64,000 bases of DNA from contig CBDFLQ010000005.1 of NCBI GenBank assembly GCA_965249275.1, positions 352,001-416,000 on the forward strand, read 5' to 3'. Each line of letters opens with the position of its first letter. Within the stretch, counting starts at the first letter, position 1. The position numbers were made by a program, and so were the translations under genes. This DNA is from Dehalococcoidia bacterium (lineage in GTDB: Bacteria > Chloroflexota > Dehalococcoidia > Plut-88900). Positions 38,160-48,818 of this stretch are shown here, in pieces. The notes beneath the pieces were generated by a model. The model ran no database searches and was not told the origin of the DNA. It worked only from the letters and a program-made list of their open reading frames with translations.

Positions 38160-39032
38160 TTACCGACGGTTAATCGCATGCTTCTTATCACACAACTGCA
38201 CTTGGCAAAAGCGATTATCGTCAGATTTAACACCTCCCCACTCGCCGAGTATGGGGAATTCCTTGAACCCGCGGCTTTCCATGTGGTCCTTAACCGCTTT
38301 GCGGACTTCCCGATTTTGAGTCTGAAGCGGATCGATGTAGTGATGGATGAGGTTGGTAAGCGTCGCGTGCATCAAATCCGTGGGTTCAACACTTACGAGT
38401 ACGGAAGCGATTCCATCTGAATACTCGGCGTGGGAAGGCTGATCTGAGTAAACAAAAGGCGTTTCCGCTTGCTCTCTGAGCGACCTTGGCATTGATATAT
38501 GTTCTCCTGGCTCTGGATGCGTGCCAAGAATCGGCTCACTGCCCTTGGTCGGCCTTCCGGCTGCCAAGGTTGGATGCCAGAGTAGCAGTAGTTTTAGTGC
38601 ACATTGATGAGCTGCTTCCTTGGATATCGTTACATCCAGAAGACGGCCATCTCGGCCTGAGAATGCAGCTGTTACATCCTCCAAAATCCATCGGTTGCCG
38701 TCTGTTAGGGCACCGTAGAAGAGCTTTTGGTCCCAGGTGTATTTGAAAACTTGATCTTGATGGGCTTCCAGTGGCTCGTTCAGTCGCTTGGCCTCAATGA
38801 AAGCCCTCGGTTTGCCGTCCAAGCCAAGTAGAGCGTAGTCGGCCCTGCCATTACCCGCCTGATATTCAGGAGTTACCAATGCGGGGTCTGAGGCATCCCA
38901 GCCGAGCGCGTTCAGTACAGGGTCAATAAGTGCAAGGCGCGTCCGATATTCGTTCTGGCTGAGGGTGTTGCCGTGCTCGCGAATACGTCCTTGAACGGTT
39001 TGGATTGCGGTTACGAGGTCGTCCAGCAACAT
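38160..39032 (-). CDS. HsdR_N-type restriction endonuclease domain protein
   Basis: NEYRTRLALIDPVLNALGWD, PEY, RADYAL, FIEAK, LTDG.RW. Confidence 0.8.
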   Translation of the reverse strand: MLLDDLVTAIQTVQGRIREHGNTLSQNEYRTRLALIDPVLNALGWDASDPALVTPEYQAGNGRADYALLGLDGKPRAFIEAKRLNEPLEAHQDQVFKYTWDQKLFYGALTDGNRWILEDVTAAFSGRDGRLLDVTISKEAAHQCALKLLLLWHPTLAAGRPTKGSEPILGTHPEPGEHISMPRSLREQAETPFVYSDQPSHAEYSDGIASVLVSVEPTDLMHATLTNLIHHYIDPLQTQNREVRKAVKDHMESRGFKEFPILGEWGGVKSDDNRFCQVQLCDKKHAINRR

Positions 39033-39358
39033 TATCTTGTTTTCACTCTTACCGTTTTCACCCTCACCCCCTCGGGGGACTCGGGGCAGGCTCTAGCCCT
39101 CTCCCATCGAGGGAGAGGGGACAGGATTCCTCCGCGAGGTGCCTGGGAGGATTGCGCAAAGGTATTATCGAAGGAGAAGGCACCGGGTTTCAAGAGCACT
39201 CCCGATCATGTACGCCCTAGCCGGTCAGGACTACCAGGGTTATCAGGAGGGCGATTTGGGTTGCGCCCATTGCCACTATTGCCAGAAACTGCCAGTCAAA
39301 CCGGCCATTGATTTCGCGTAGCCCGGCGGACAGCCTCTGGATGCCCACGGCCCGCCTC

Positions 39359-40159
39359 TCAGGACACGATTTCCAGTATCTTGAATTTCATCGCGCCAGC
39401 GGGGGCTACGACAACCACCTCATCCCCATTCGACCTGCCGAGCATCGCCTTGCCCACGGGGGAAGCTATGGATATCCTGCCCTCGGAGATCTTGGCTTCG
39501 CTGGGCGAGACCAGCTTGTACTGGACCTTGTTGCCGTTAGTCAGGTTCTCCAGTGCGACGGTGCGTCCTATGGCCACCCTGGAGTCTGCGCTCCGAATAT
39601 GGTCTTCGTTCAGCAGCTCCGCCGTTCGAACTAACGCTTCCAGCTCCAGGATCCGGGACTCTACCCGGCCCTGGTCTTCTCTAGCGGCATCCAGGGGAGC
39701 GTTCTCCCGGAAGTCCTTGTCCGCTGCAGCCTTCATTATCGCCTCGGCGAGGGCGCCCCGCCTCGACTTCAGCTCCTTAAGCTCGGTCTGGATCCTTTCG
39801 AAGCCTTCGGCGGTAAGCTGGGAGACTACCCGTGCGCGCTTCGGCCCTTCTTTGGAGGTGGTCTGGGACTTCCTGACCCTAAAACTTGGGGCAAGGCTTA
39901 TGCGGAAGGTGCCCTGCTTGTGGGCGAAATTCAAAAAAGCCCGCACGTGAGGCGAGCTTTCCGTTGCTGCCATTTTGCTCAGGTCCTGGGCATAACGCTC
40001 GACTTCCTGACCCGTGACGTTCACTGCCGGCCGGTCTTTGCCGCACCACCTCACAAATTTTGCCACGGCGGGTTCAATCTTCATGCGTTTCTTTTGCGTG
40101 AGGGTCTCAAGGTATTGGGTTGCCAGGTCATCAAGGGTCAGATCGGTCACACTATCCAT
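39359..40159 (-). CDS. greA: Transcription elongation factor GreA with N-terminal extension
   Basis: LTAEG...DFRENAPLDAAREDQ, ISIASPVGKAMLG, APAG. Confidence 0.88.
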   Translation of the reverse strand: MDSVTDLTLDDLATQYLETLTQKKRMKIEPAVAKFVRWCGKDRPAVNVTGQEVERYAQDLSKMAATESSPHVRAFLNFAHKQGTFRISLAPSFRVRKSQTTSKEGPKRARVVSQLTAEGFERIQTELKELKSRRGALAEAIMKAAADKDFRENAPLDAAREDQGRVESRILELEALVRTAELLNEDHIRSADSRVAIGRTVALENLTNGNKVQYKLVSPSEAKISEGRISIASPVGKAMLGRSNGDEVVVVAPAGAMKFKILEIVS

Positions 40160-40412
40160 TCTCAGTTCCCGCTCGCGTTGCTAAAGAAGGTCTACAATGA
40201 AGATCGTTCAAATCCACCTGCCAGAATAGCGGCCCACCCCTACCAACGCTTCACAAACTCAGCCGTACAGGGTCGGCTGCCAGGCTAACCACTTTCAAAC
40301 AAGTATATTACAGGCGAACAACCGGCACAAACGGACTCGTCTTCGACACTGTCCGTCTTTCATAATATAATGGCTTTGGAGGCATACAGGCGTACCGGGA
40401 AAGCCGCATGAC

Positions 40413-42356
40413 ATGAGAAGCAGTTTTATCTATCTCATCATAATCGTCGCGATCGTCGCGATTGTCTTCACGCTCTTCCAGCCATCCTACGGCACGGAGG
40501 ACATTGATCTGTCCGACGTCATATCCATGGCCAAGAGCAATCAGATCAAGGAGATAGAGGTCGACGGGGACAAGCTGACCATCACGGCTCTGGACAATCA
40601 GCGCTACGAGTCCCGAAAAGAGCCCGGCTCCAGCATAGTCGATACTCTGACTGACAACGGCGTCGATATCAGCGCCGGACCCAGCATCCGGGTCAAGGAG
40701 AGGAGCCAGCTCAGCAGCCTCTTCGGGCTCTTCCTCAATTTCCTGCCCCTGATCTTCTTTGGCGCGGTGCTTCTCTTCCTGCTCCGCCAGGCGCAAGGCG
40801 GCAGCAACCAGGCCATGGGCTTCGGCAGGAGCCGAGCCCGTATGTTTGTAGGCAGCAAGACGACCATCACGTTCATGGACGTCGCCGGTGTGGAGGAGGC
40901 GAAGCAGGACCTCCAGGAAGTAGTGGAGTTCCTCCGATTCCCAGAGAAGTTCGCTGCCCTCGGGGCAAAGGTGCCGAGGGGAGTACTGCTGGTCGGGTCC
41001 CCGGGCACGGGCAAGACCCTTCTGAGCCGAGCCGTTGCCGGAGAAGCGGGTGTCCCGTTCTTCTCCATAAGCGGCAGCGAATTTGTCGAGATGTTCGTCG
41101 GAGTGGGTGCATCCCGGGTGCGGGACCTGTTCGACCAGGCCAAGCGCAACGCTCCGTGCATAATATTTGTAGATGAGATAGACGCCGTGGGCCGACACCG
41201 GGGCGCGGGTCTCGGGGGTGGGCACGACGAGCGGGAGCAGACCCTCAACCAGATACTGGTCGAGATGGACGGCTTTGATTCGTCGACCAATGTCATAGTG
41301 CTGGCCGCCACCAACCGCCCCGACATCCTGGACCCCGCCCTGCTGCGTCCTGGCCGCTTCGACCGGCGCGTCGTCCTAGACCTGCCCGATATCAACGGCA
41401 GACGGGAAATCCTAACCGTTCACTCCAAAGGCAAGCCAATGGCCGATGACGTGGACCTTGAAGTGCTGGCCAAGCAGACCCCAGGTTTCAGCGGCGCCGA
41501 CCTTGCCAACCTGCTCAACGAGGCCGCTATCCTTGCAGCCCGCCACTCTCAGAAGACCATCACAACCCGGCAGGTCGAAGAGGCCATAGACCGGGTTATC
41601 GCAGGCCCGGAGCGCAGGAGCCGCCTTATCAGTGTCAAGGAGAAGGCAATCACCGCCTACCACGAGGTCGGGCACGCATTGGTGGCCCGAATGTTGGAGC
41701 ACTCCGACACCGTTCATAAAGTCTCTATCGTGGCTCGGGGTGGGATGGGGGGATACACGCGGCTCCTTCCCTCCGAAGACCGCTACCTCTACAGCCGCTC
41801 CCAGTTCAAGGCCATGTTGGCCACGGCACTCGGGGGGCGGGTCGCCGAGGATCTGACCTTCAACGAGATCACTACGGGCGCCTCCAACGATTTGGAACAC
41901 GCCACCAAGCTGGCCCGGCGCATGGTCACCGAGTACGGAATGAGCGACACCCTCGGGCCCCGGACTTTCGGGCACAAGGAAGAGCTGGTATTCCTGGGCA
42001 AAGAGCTGTCCGACTCGCGCAACTACAGTGAAAAGATCGCTGTCAGCATCGACCAGGAGATCCAGGACCTGATCCAATTTGCTGAGAACACCGCCCGCGA
42101 CATCCTTATCGCCAACAAGCTCAAGCTGGGCCAGCTAGCCGAGTACGTCATGCAAGTCGAGACCCTGGACGGAGACGACCTTGCCGCTGCCTTCGATGCG
42201 GATGCAACGGCTGATCTCACGGTTGTCGTGCCTGCGGTGGTGGCTGCCAAAGCCCCTCCGCCTGCCGTCGAGCCCGAGAAGGACACACCGGCGCCGGAAC
42301 AGCGCGCTCCCGCCTCGGACACCCCGTCCCTGGAGCCGGAGGCGGGCCGGACTTAG
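40413..42356 (+). CDS. ftsH: ATP-dependent zinc metalloprotease FtsH
   Basis: Two [25 protein letters not shown]. Confidence 0.98.
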   Translation: MRSSFIYLIIIVAIVAIVFTLFQPSYGTEDIDLSDVISMAKSNQIKEIEVDGDKLTITALDNQRYESRKEPGSSIVDTLTDNGVDISAGPSIRVKERSQLSSLFGLFLNFLPLIFFGAVLLFLLRQAQGGSNQAMGFGRSRARMFVGSKTTITFMDVAGVEEAKQDLQEVVEFLRFPEKFAALGAKVPRGVLLVGSPGTGKTLLSRAVAGEAGVPFFSISGSEFVEMFVGVGASRVRDLFDQAKRNAPCIIFVDEIDAVGRHRGAGLGGGHDEREQTLNQILVEMDGFDSSTNVIVLAATNRPDILDPALLRPGRFDRRVVLDLPDINGRREILTVHSKGKPMADDVDLEVLAKQTPGFSGADLANLLNEAAILAARHSQKTITTRQVEEAIDRVIAGPERRSRLISVKEKAITAYHEVGHALVARMLEHSDTVHKVSIVARGGMGGYTRLLPSEDRYLYSRSQFKAMLATALGGRVAEDLTFNEITTGASNDLEHATKLARRMVTEYGMSDTLGPRTFGHKEELVFLGKELSDSRNYSEKIAVSIDQEIQDLIQFAENTARDILIANKLKLGQLAEYVMQVETLDGDDLAAAFDADATADLTVVVPAVVAAKAPPPAVEPEKDTPAPEQRAPASDTPSLEPEAGRT

Positions 42357-42383
42357 GCGTCCGCCCATCCCTCCGTTTCTGTT

Positions 42384-42596
42384 CTACGCATCCTGAAACT
42401 CTCGCCAGTCGATTCCCAACTGCCTAATTGCTGAGCGCAGTGTTCCCATTTTCAGGTCTCGTCCTCCCCAGTCCGGCAGTGGGGCATTTTTTCGTGTTTC
42501 AGGGTTGAACCATCTTCTATGAGAACCTCCGCTTCTAGTCGGGACTTCGTGGCATCCCAGACTCGACAGCTTGCGGGTGACCTCCCGGTATCTCAC
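42384..42596 (-). CDS. hicA: HicA-family toxin
   Basis: GGSH..W, DLKMGTLRSAIRQLGI. Confidence 0.88.
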   Translation of the reverse strand: MRYREVTRKLSSLGCHEVPTRSGGSHRRWFNPETRKNAPLPDWGGRDLKMGTLRSAIRQLGIDWREFQDA

Positions 42597-42844
42597 GGCG
42601 CGGGAACGGTTATGACAGCCTCAATGGATAGCGAGCCGTTGGTCTCGTCCACCTGAATAATCGGCGGCAAGGCGCGCCCCTCGTCCTCGTAGATCTCCAA
42701 AACGACCGCAAAGGCGTCCTCTGCGTTGGCTAAACATTCCGGGATAGTCTCGCCTTCAGTAATAAGCTCCGGGAGCAGGGGAGAGGTAACTGTATATCCT
42801 CCTTCAGGCTGAGGCTCCAGTACCAGAGGTATTCTCGCTATCAT
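42593..42844 (-). CDS. hicB: HicB-family antitoxin
   Basis: EGGYTVTSPLLPELITEGETIPECLANAEDA; overlaps hicA (GTGA). Confidence 0.88.
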   Translation of the reverse strand: MIARIPLVLEPQPEGGYTVTSPLLPELITEGETIPECLANAEDAFAVVLEIYEDEGRALPPIIQVDETNGSLSIEAVITVPAP

Positions 42845-43067
42845 GGGGCAACTCCAAGAGCGGAGCAGATCACTTCTGCCGATTTTGAGGTTGTCATATT
42901 TTCAAACACCGGACGCACGGATTTCATTCGTCCATGCTGGAGAAAAAGAGTAGGTCTTCAGTAAAGCTATCCGAACCCCCTCACGCTGTCAAACTCCCCA
43001 CCCCGGATACCCCGTCTCTGGAGCCGGAAGCGGGTCGGACTTAGGATTCGGTCTCGGTGAGAGGGGG

Positions 43068-45662
43068 CTAGGGAGTGACCTCGTACTCCAGCTCCACGAG
43101 CTTTCGGCCCTCGTTGTAGACGTGGAGCCGGTATTCCCCAGGCGCCCAGAGATCCGATGGTGATTGCCCTACTTGCAACCACCATGACCATAAGCTGCCG
43201 TTGTGTCGGGCGTCTGCAGTGAACGTCACGGTGCGGCGCCCGAATTCAAATCCGTCTTCGTAGTAGTGCACCAGCTCCAGGGGGACCTCCGTATTCGAAC
43301 CGACGTTATAGTCCCAGCGTAGCAGGAGCCAGAGGTAGTCGTCCACGGCCTCGGCGGAGATGCTGGTTAATGGCGTTCCTTCCTGAGTTGCGGACAAGTA
43401 AGCCGTGTGGATGCGTCCGTTGATGGTGCGGAGAATGGGATTGGTTCGGCCGATCTCTTGGTCGGAAGGGGCATAGGGTTCGGTTCCGTCATACCAGCGG
43501 GCGGCTATTGTCTCGACTATGGAAACATCTTCATCCTCATCGCCCTTAAAGGCAGTCCTGACGTGCTCTATCCCGACCTCCGTGTCATCCTGCATCTCAA
43601 CCTCGTCTTCGATTTGAGAGAGCAGATAGAGGTCTCGCAACCCTTCTCGGAAGCTGTCTTCGTCCAGATTGCGGTACAGGTCTACGAAGAGGCGTTCGCC
43701 CAGCGCATAGTTGCAGGTGAATGCACTGTCAGTGCCATCCTCGCTTGTGACGTCCAAGTTTTCCAATTCGGCGATAGTGCGCACATAGCCACAGGGGTCA
43801 TTGGTAACCTCTATAGACCCACCGGTACGAGCGTTTTCGGAGGTGGATGCCATGAAATCCGAGGCACCTTCGTCAACCCAATTGCTGTTGCCGCTCCAAT
43901 AGTAATGGGCTACTTCGTGAGCAACTAGCGAGCCGGCAAACTCCGCCTCATGACTTCCGTCATCGACATCGTATTTGGGCAGGGTGACGATATGCGTACC
44001 GTAGTAGTTGCCACCGAACGTTGGGGTTACAGCATCACCGACGAGCCAACCAACATAGTTGGTAGGAAAGGGGACACCCATGAACTCCTCGGCATGGAGT
44101 ACGGAGTGTTCCAGCAGTTCCATGCTTCGGTCTGCGCCTGGGCCTGTGCGGATGATGGCAAGGTCGGTCTCCCCGGCCAGGGGCAATTCGATGACGCGCT
44201 CTTCCAAGGTGACCTGATCAGGATCGAGCAGGGTATCGATTAGTATCGGGTTGGTGTCGCTAACTCCGTAGAGAGAGGCGACAATCTTGGCCCAGTCGTC
44301 GGTGATGCCGTCGCTGAGGGTCGGGTGGGAGAGGACGCGCTGGTAATCAGCTTGTCTAAACCACGCCATATCGACAAGGGATTCCAGGGCCGATACATCT
44401 GGCGGTTCAAGGGTTTCTAGGAAGGGCATGTCGACAATGCGCGATGCCTGCCCCTCGTTCTTATGCGAGAGATATGAGAGTTCTTCAAGCGCCTGTGCCT
44501 CCTGCTCCCCTATGCCCTCCTGGACCCATTCCAAGGCAACGACTGACAAAGCGACCTCTGCATCATTGAAGCCGCTGAACCAGTCAATCGCTTCAGCCTC
44601 TACGCCCGTAATGCCATCCTGCACCCAGCCCAACTCAACGACTGACGACGCAAGCCCTGCGTCGTCATTAGCGATGTAGGACAACTCTTGGATCGTCTTG
44701 ACTTCTATCTCTTCAATGCCATCCTGCACCCAGCTCAGGGCCACGACTGATGACGCAACCTCCTCATCACCAAAATTGTTCATCCAGCGAACTGCTTCAG
44801 CCTCCAAGTCTTCAATACCGTCATGCATCCAATCCAAATCGACGATGGATGAAACGACTGGACGGCTTGTCACTGCGATATACAACAAGTCCTGGATCAC
44901 CTCTGACTCTCTGGCATCAAGGCCATCTATAACCCAAGGCAATGATTTGATCTCCCTTGCCAAAGCAGGGCTGCCCTGGTCCAGCCAACGGGAGTTTACA
45001 AATCCATTCCAGACGGCCGCGGAGAACGGTGTGGGCGAAGGCGTAGGGCTAGGTGTGGGCGATGGGTCCGGGGCCGGAGTAGGCACGGGTGTTGGTGTGG
45101 GCGAGGGGGTAGGGCTAGGCGTGGGCGAGGGGGTAGGGCTAGGCGTGGGCGAGGGGGTAGGGCTAGGCGTGGGCGAGGGGGTAGGGCTAGGCGTGGGCGA
45201 GGGGGTAGGGCTAGGCGTGGGCGAGGGGGTAGGGCTAGGCGTGGGCGAGGGGGTAGGGCTAGGCGTGGGCGGCGGGGTAGGGCTAGGCGTGGGCGAGGGG
45301 GTAGGGCTAGGCGTGGGCGGCGGGATAGGGCTAAGCGTAGGCGAGGGAGTGGGGCTAGGTGTGGGCGAGGGTGTCGGGATTGGCGTGGGTGAGAGTGTCG
45401 GGCTCGGTGTAGGTACCGGCTCAGGGGTGGGTGCGGGGACGGGTGTCGGCGTGGGATTGGGCGTAGATATCGGGATGGACGTAGGTTCGGGTGTAGAAGC
45501 CGAGGTCGGGCCAGCTTGCACCGTGGCTTCAGTGATTGGCGTCGCCATGGCCGTCGGGGGTAGGGTTTGGGGGATGGTGGGCACGGGAGTGGGCAGCGTA
45601 CTTCGACATCCCATCAAAGCCACAAAGCTGATAAGAATCAATATCGATATATACAGTTTCAT
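43068..45662 (-). CDS. Lipoprotein with Pro/Thr/Ser linker, helical repeats and gluzincin (HEXXH) peptidase domain
   Basis: Lipobox LMGC; (TPSP)n; repeated LxWVxDGIxxxE; AHEVAHYYW...WVDEG. Confidence 0.8.
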   Translation of the reverse strand: MKLYISILILISFVALMGCRSTLPTPVPTIPQTLPPTAMATPITEATVQAGPTSASTPEPTSIPISTPNPTPTPVPAPTPEPVPTPSPTLSPTPIPTPSPTPSPTPSPTLSPIPPPTPSPTPSPTPSPTPPPTPSPTPSPTPSPTPSPTPSPTPSPTPSPTPSPTPSPTPSPTPSPTPSPTPSPTPSPTPTPVPTPAPDPSPTPSPTPSPTPFSAAVWNGFVNSRWLDQGSPALAREIKSLPWVIDGLDARESEVIQDLLYIAVTSRPVVSSIVDLDWMHDGIEDLEAEAVRWMNNFGDEEVASSVVALSWVQDGIEEIEVKTIQELSYIANDDAGLASSVVELGWVQDGITGVEAEAIDWFSGFNDAEVALSVVALEWVQEGIGEQEAQALEELSYLSHKNEGQASRIVDMPFLETLEPPDVSALESLVDMAWFRQADYQRVLSHPTLSDGITDDWAKIVASLYGVSDTNPILIDTLLDPDQVTLEERVIELPLAGETDLAIIRTGPGADRSMELLEHSVLHAEEFMGVPFPTNYVGWLVGDAVTPTFGGNYYGTHIVTLPKYDVDDGSHEAEFAGSLVAHEVAHYYWSGNSNWVDEGASDFMASTSENARTGGSIEVTNDPCGYVRTIAELENLDVTSEDGTDSAFTCNYALGERLFVDLYRNLDEDSFREGLRDLYLLSQIEDEVEMQDDTEVGIEHVRTAFKGDEDEDVSIVETIAARWYDGTEPYAPSDQEIGRTNPILRTINGRIHTAYLSATQEGTPLTSISAEAVDDYLWLLLRWDYNVGSNTEVPLELVHYYEDGFEFGRRTVTFTADARHNGSLWSWWLQVGQSPSDLWAPGEYRLHVYNEGRKLVELEYEVTP
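45097..45360. repeat. 24-bp coding tandem repeat (~11 units)
   Basis: GTGGGCGAGGGGGTAGGGCTAGGC; seven consecutive perfect units from 45097, then variants. Confidence 0.95.
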
Positions 45663-45671
45663 ATTCCTCCC

Positions 45672-46508
45672 TCAACCTCGCGAGAACAAGCCCCTAGTTC
45701 GCGAGACTCCTGCCATACCCGTGAGTATCAGGAACCCCGCAACGAACCCGCCGATGTGCGCCCAGTAGGCCACTCCCTGCGAGAACTCGCCGCCCAGGGA
45801 GATGAACCCGCTGAAGAACTGGATGATCACCCATATACCGATGAGCATCCACGCGGGTATCGCTACCACGGTGATCAGAATCATGAAGACCACCGTTTGT
45901 ATCCGGGAGTGGGGGAAGAGGACAAGATAGCCACCCAACACACCCGCTATCGCTCCGCTGGCCCCGATGGTCGGTATTGCGGAGTCCATGTCTATGGCCA
46001 CCTGTGCCGCAGAGGCGAACAGCCCCGATATCAGATAGAACGCCAGGAACTTGACGCGGCCCATTCGGGCCTCCAAGTTATTTCCAAACACCCAGAGGAA
46101 GAGCATGTTCCCTATAAGGTGCATCCAGCCGCCGTGCATGAACATGGAGGTGAAGAGGGTTACCCAGGGGCCCGGGCCGCCATCGTAGACGTTTCGAATG
46201 TCCGTGAACTGCACCGTCCCGTCATTACCGATCCTCAGCGCGTGCCGGGCCAACGTCCCCGACACCCCCTCCACATCCAGCACAGACCTATCGCCTTGCT
46301 CCAACAGCGCCGTCACCTGCTCCCCCAGGTCTCCCCGCCCCGTGAGCTCGTATGGAAGAACGCCATAGTTGTTGTAGAAACGGGACAACCCGAAATCGTC
46401 CAGCAGCAGGATTTGATAAAGGAAGACGAGGATGCACACGGCCATGATGGCCACGTTTACTACGGGGATGCCCTGTCTGGGGTGATCGCGGTCTGATATG
46501 GGGAACAT
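45672..46508 (-). CDS. Rhomboid family intramembrane serine protease
   Basis: MFMHGGWMHLIGNM, GASG, VAYWAHIGG. Confidence 0.93.
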   Translation of the reverse strand: MFPISDRDHPRQGIPVVNVAIMAVCILVFLYQILLLDDFGLSRFYNNYGVLPYELTGRGDLGEQVTALLEQGDRSVLDVEGVSGTLARHALRIGNDGTVQFTDIRNVYDGGPGPWVTLFTSMFMHGGWMHLIGNMLFLWVFGNNLEARMGRVKFLAFYLISGLFASAAQVAIDMDSAIPTIGASGAIAGVLGGYLVLFPHSRIQTVVFMILITVVAIPAWMLIGIWVIIQFFSGFISLGGEFSQGVAYWAHIGGFVAGFLILTGMAGVSRTRGLFSRG

Positions 46509-46622
46509 TGATGTAGTAGAGGGTCCGGGCTTTCTCGGATGGTCTGATGACTACATTAGAGAGTCGGATTTGGGCTGTCAATCGAGCCACGGGACCTGCG
46601 CCAAGTGATAGAATAAGCCGCC

Positions 46623-47276
46623 ATGCCGACCCAACCAATCGAGGCCGTCATATTCGACATGGACGGCGTACTGGCAGACAGCGAACCCCTATATCACCTC
46701 TCCATGAACCAGGTGCTGCAGGCACACGGACACTCCCTGACCGACGAGGACAACCGTATCATCCTGGGCACGACGGTCATACACACCTGGCAGTGGCTCA
46801 AGGACCGCTTCGAGCTCGACGGGGAACTTGAAGAATGGATTGGGGTATATGACCGGATAATCCTGAAGAACCTCAAGGAAAATGTCGAGCCGTCTCCGGG
46901 GCTCTATGACCTTCTCGACACGCTCAAGTCCCGTGACCTGCCCATAGGGCTCGCCTCTTCCTCCCAGGCCAACTGGGTCGATACCGTGCTCACGACGCTC
47001 GACGTCAAGGACAGGTTCAGCGTCGTAGTCTCGGGCGACATGGTTACCAACGGCAAGCCCGCCCCCGAGATCTTCCTGAAGGCGGCGGGTGATCTCGGGG
47101 CTGAGCCTTCGCGGTGTCTTGTTTTTGAAGACTCGCCGCACGGGATTCAGGCTGGGAAGGCCGCAGGGATGACGGTGGTGGCGGTGTTGACCGACCTGAC
47201 TCGGGACCTGGACCTCTCGCTGGCCGACCGAAGGATCGAGTCTCTGTCGGACTTCGATTTCTCGCTGTTGGGGTGA
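46623..47276 (+). CDS. HAD-family phosphatase
   Basis: FDMDGVLADS, GKPAPEIF, VFEDS. Confidence 0.92.
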   Translation: MPTQPIEAVIFDMDGVLADSEPLYHLSMNQVLQAHGHSLTDEDNRIILGTTVIHTWQWLKDRFELDGELEEWIGVYDRIILKNLKENVEPSPGLYDLLDTLKSRDLPIGLASSSQANWVDTVLTTLDVKDRFSVVVSGDMVTNGKPAPEIFLKAAGDLGAEPSRCLVFEDSPHGIQAGKAAGMTVVAVLTDLTRDLDLSLADRRIESLSDFDFSLLG

Positions 47277-47320
47277 CTCCTGCCTAACTAGTACGTAAAA
47301 TTCTGGCAAGTTATGAGTCA

Positions 47321-47575
47321 CCCTCACTCTCCTCGGCGAGTCTTTGACACTAGCCCTCTCACGCCTCGGCGCATCTACGACCCATCGAGAGACATTTGCG
47401 TAACTCCCAGAGCGGGACCGAATTGGCTAGCTTTTTCATTCTAAACAATCGTGAATTCCCGACCCTGGATTCCCGTTTTCACGGGAAAGACGGTTATGCA
47501 GAGGTCTCATCGAGGTAGAGGGGATCGGACATCCCCCCGCTCATACTTAGACGTACTCAGCACGAGCGACCCCTC
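47321..47575. repeat. Nested REP/MITE cluster (A with E and MITE 47389-47508 inserted, then B)
   Basis: CCCATCGA|GAGACATTTGCGTAACT...GGTTATGCAGAGGTCTC|ATCGAGGTAGAGGGG. Confidence 0.75.
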
Positions 47576-47648
47576 CCCATCAGGGCAAATTGACGGTCAA
47601 TAGCGGCGCCCGCTACACTACGGCCACTTTCCTTGTGAGGATAAAACC

Positions 47649-48818
47649 ATGACCGAACCGACTCCCAAGACCCTCCTCGGCCCTGGCCCTAGCAACGTAC
47701 ATCCCCGCGTCTACTCCGCTATGTCGGGGCCCGTGCTGTCTCACATGGACCCCGACTTCTGGGCCATCATGGACGAAACCGTAGAGCTTCTGCGGGAAGT
47801 CTTCCAGACGGGCAACGGCCTGACGCTTCCCATATCGGGTAGCGGGTCTGCCGGGATGGAAGCCGCCTTATTTAACTCCCTCGAGCCGGGCGACACCGTG
47901 GTAGTCGGTGTAGCGGGGTTCTTTGCTTCCCGAATCGTCGAGATCGCGCAGCGCTGCGATGCCCATGTAGTCCCCGTCGAGGCTGAGTGGGGTAAGGCTG
48001 TTTCCGCCGCTGCCGTCGAGGAAGCCCTGGCCGCTCATCCAGAGACGAAGGTAGTGGCGCTGGTACATTGCGAAACGTCCACAGGAGTATTGCAGCCCCT
48101 GGAGGAGATCGGGCAGCTGGCTCGGGCCCACGGGGCACTGTTCCTAGTCGACAGTGTCGCCTCCCTCGGCGGGCAACGACTCCCGGTCGACGAACTGGGA
48201 ATCGACATCTGCTACAGCGGCAGTCAGAAGAGCCTGAGCTGCCCTCCGGGTCTCGCGCCCATCACCATGAGCCCTCGCGCTGTCGAAGCCATGAAATCGC
48301 GCAAGACCCCTTGCAGAAGCTGGTACCTTGACCTGTCCATGCTGGACGAGTACTGGATCAGCGGCCGGAAATATCATCACACCGCCCCCGCATCCATGAT
48401 CTACGCGTTGCGGGAGTCGCTCCGAATCCTGGTCGAAGAGGGACTGGAGAACAGTTTCGCACGGCACCAGTTGAACGCCGATGCACTACGGGCAGGTGTC
48501 GATGCCATGGGCCTGTCCATCGTGGCCGACGAAGAAGTACGCTCCAACACCGTGAACGGCGTCCGCATGCCCGATGGGGTGGATGCCAACGCCGTACGCA
48601 TGGCCTTGCTGAAGGAACACAACATCGAGACAGGGGGCGGACTCGGGCCGTTCGCGGGGAAAGTGGTAAGGGTCGGGCTGATGGGCTATTCGTCGCAGGA
48701 AACGAACGTACTCTTAGTACTCTCGGCCTTGGGACGGGTGCTAAACGGCTTGGGCTACGAGGTTGCGGCCTCGGCGGGAGTGGGTGCGGCGAGTCGGGTG
48801 TACGGCGGAGCGTCCTAG
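47649..48818 (+). CDS. Alanine/serine--glyoxylate aminotransferase (class V)
   Basis: LLGPGPSN, VHCETSTG, SGSQKSLSCPPG, YHHT. Confidence 0.93.
   Translation: MTEPTPKTLLGPGPSNVHPRVYSAMSGPVLSHMDPDFWAIMDETVELLREVFQTGNGLTLPISGSGSAGMEAALFNSLEPGDTVVVGVAGFFASRIVEIAQRCDAHVVPVEAEWGKAVSAAAVEEALAAHPETKVVALVHCETSTGVLQPLEEIGQLARAHGALFLVDSVASLGGQRLPVDELGIDICYSGSQKSLSCPPGLAPITMSPRAVEAMKSRKTPCRSWYLDLSMLDEYWISGRKYHHTAPASMIYALRESLRILVEEGLENSFARHQLNADALRAGVDAMGLSIVADEEVRSNTVNGVRMPDGVDANAVRMALLKEHNIETGGGLGPFAGKVVRVGLMGYSSQETNVLLVLSALGRVLNGLGYEVAASAGVGAASRVYGGAS

Noticed and set aside
45097-45360. Possible CRISPR array
   Set aside because: Contiguous 24-bp units with no spacers, lying in frame within a CDS; no cas genes in the window.
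44698-45768. 356-aa Gly/Val-repeat ORF on the + strand
   Set aside because: Reverse-frame reading of the (TPSP)n tandem repeat.
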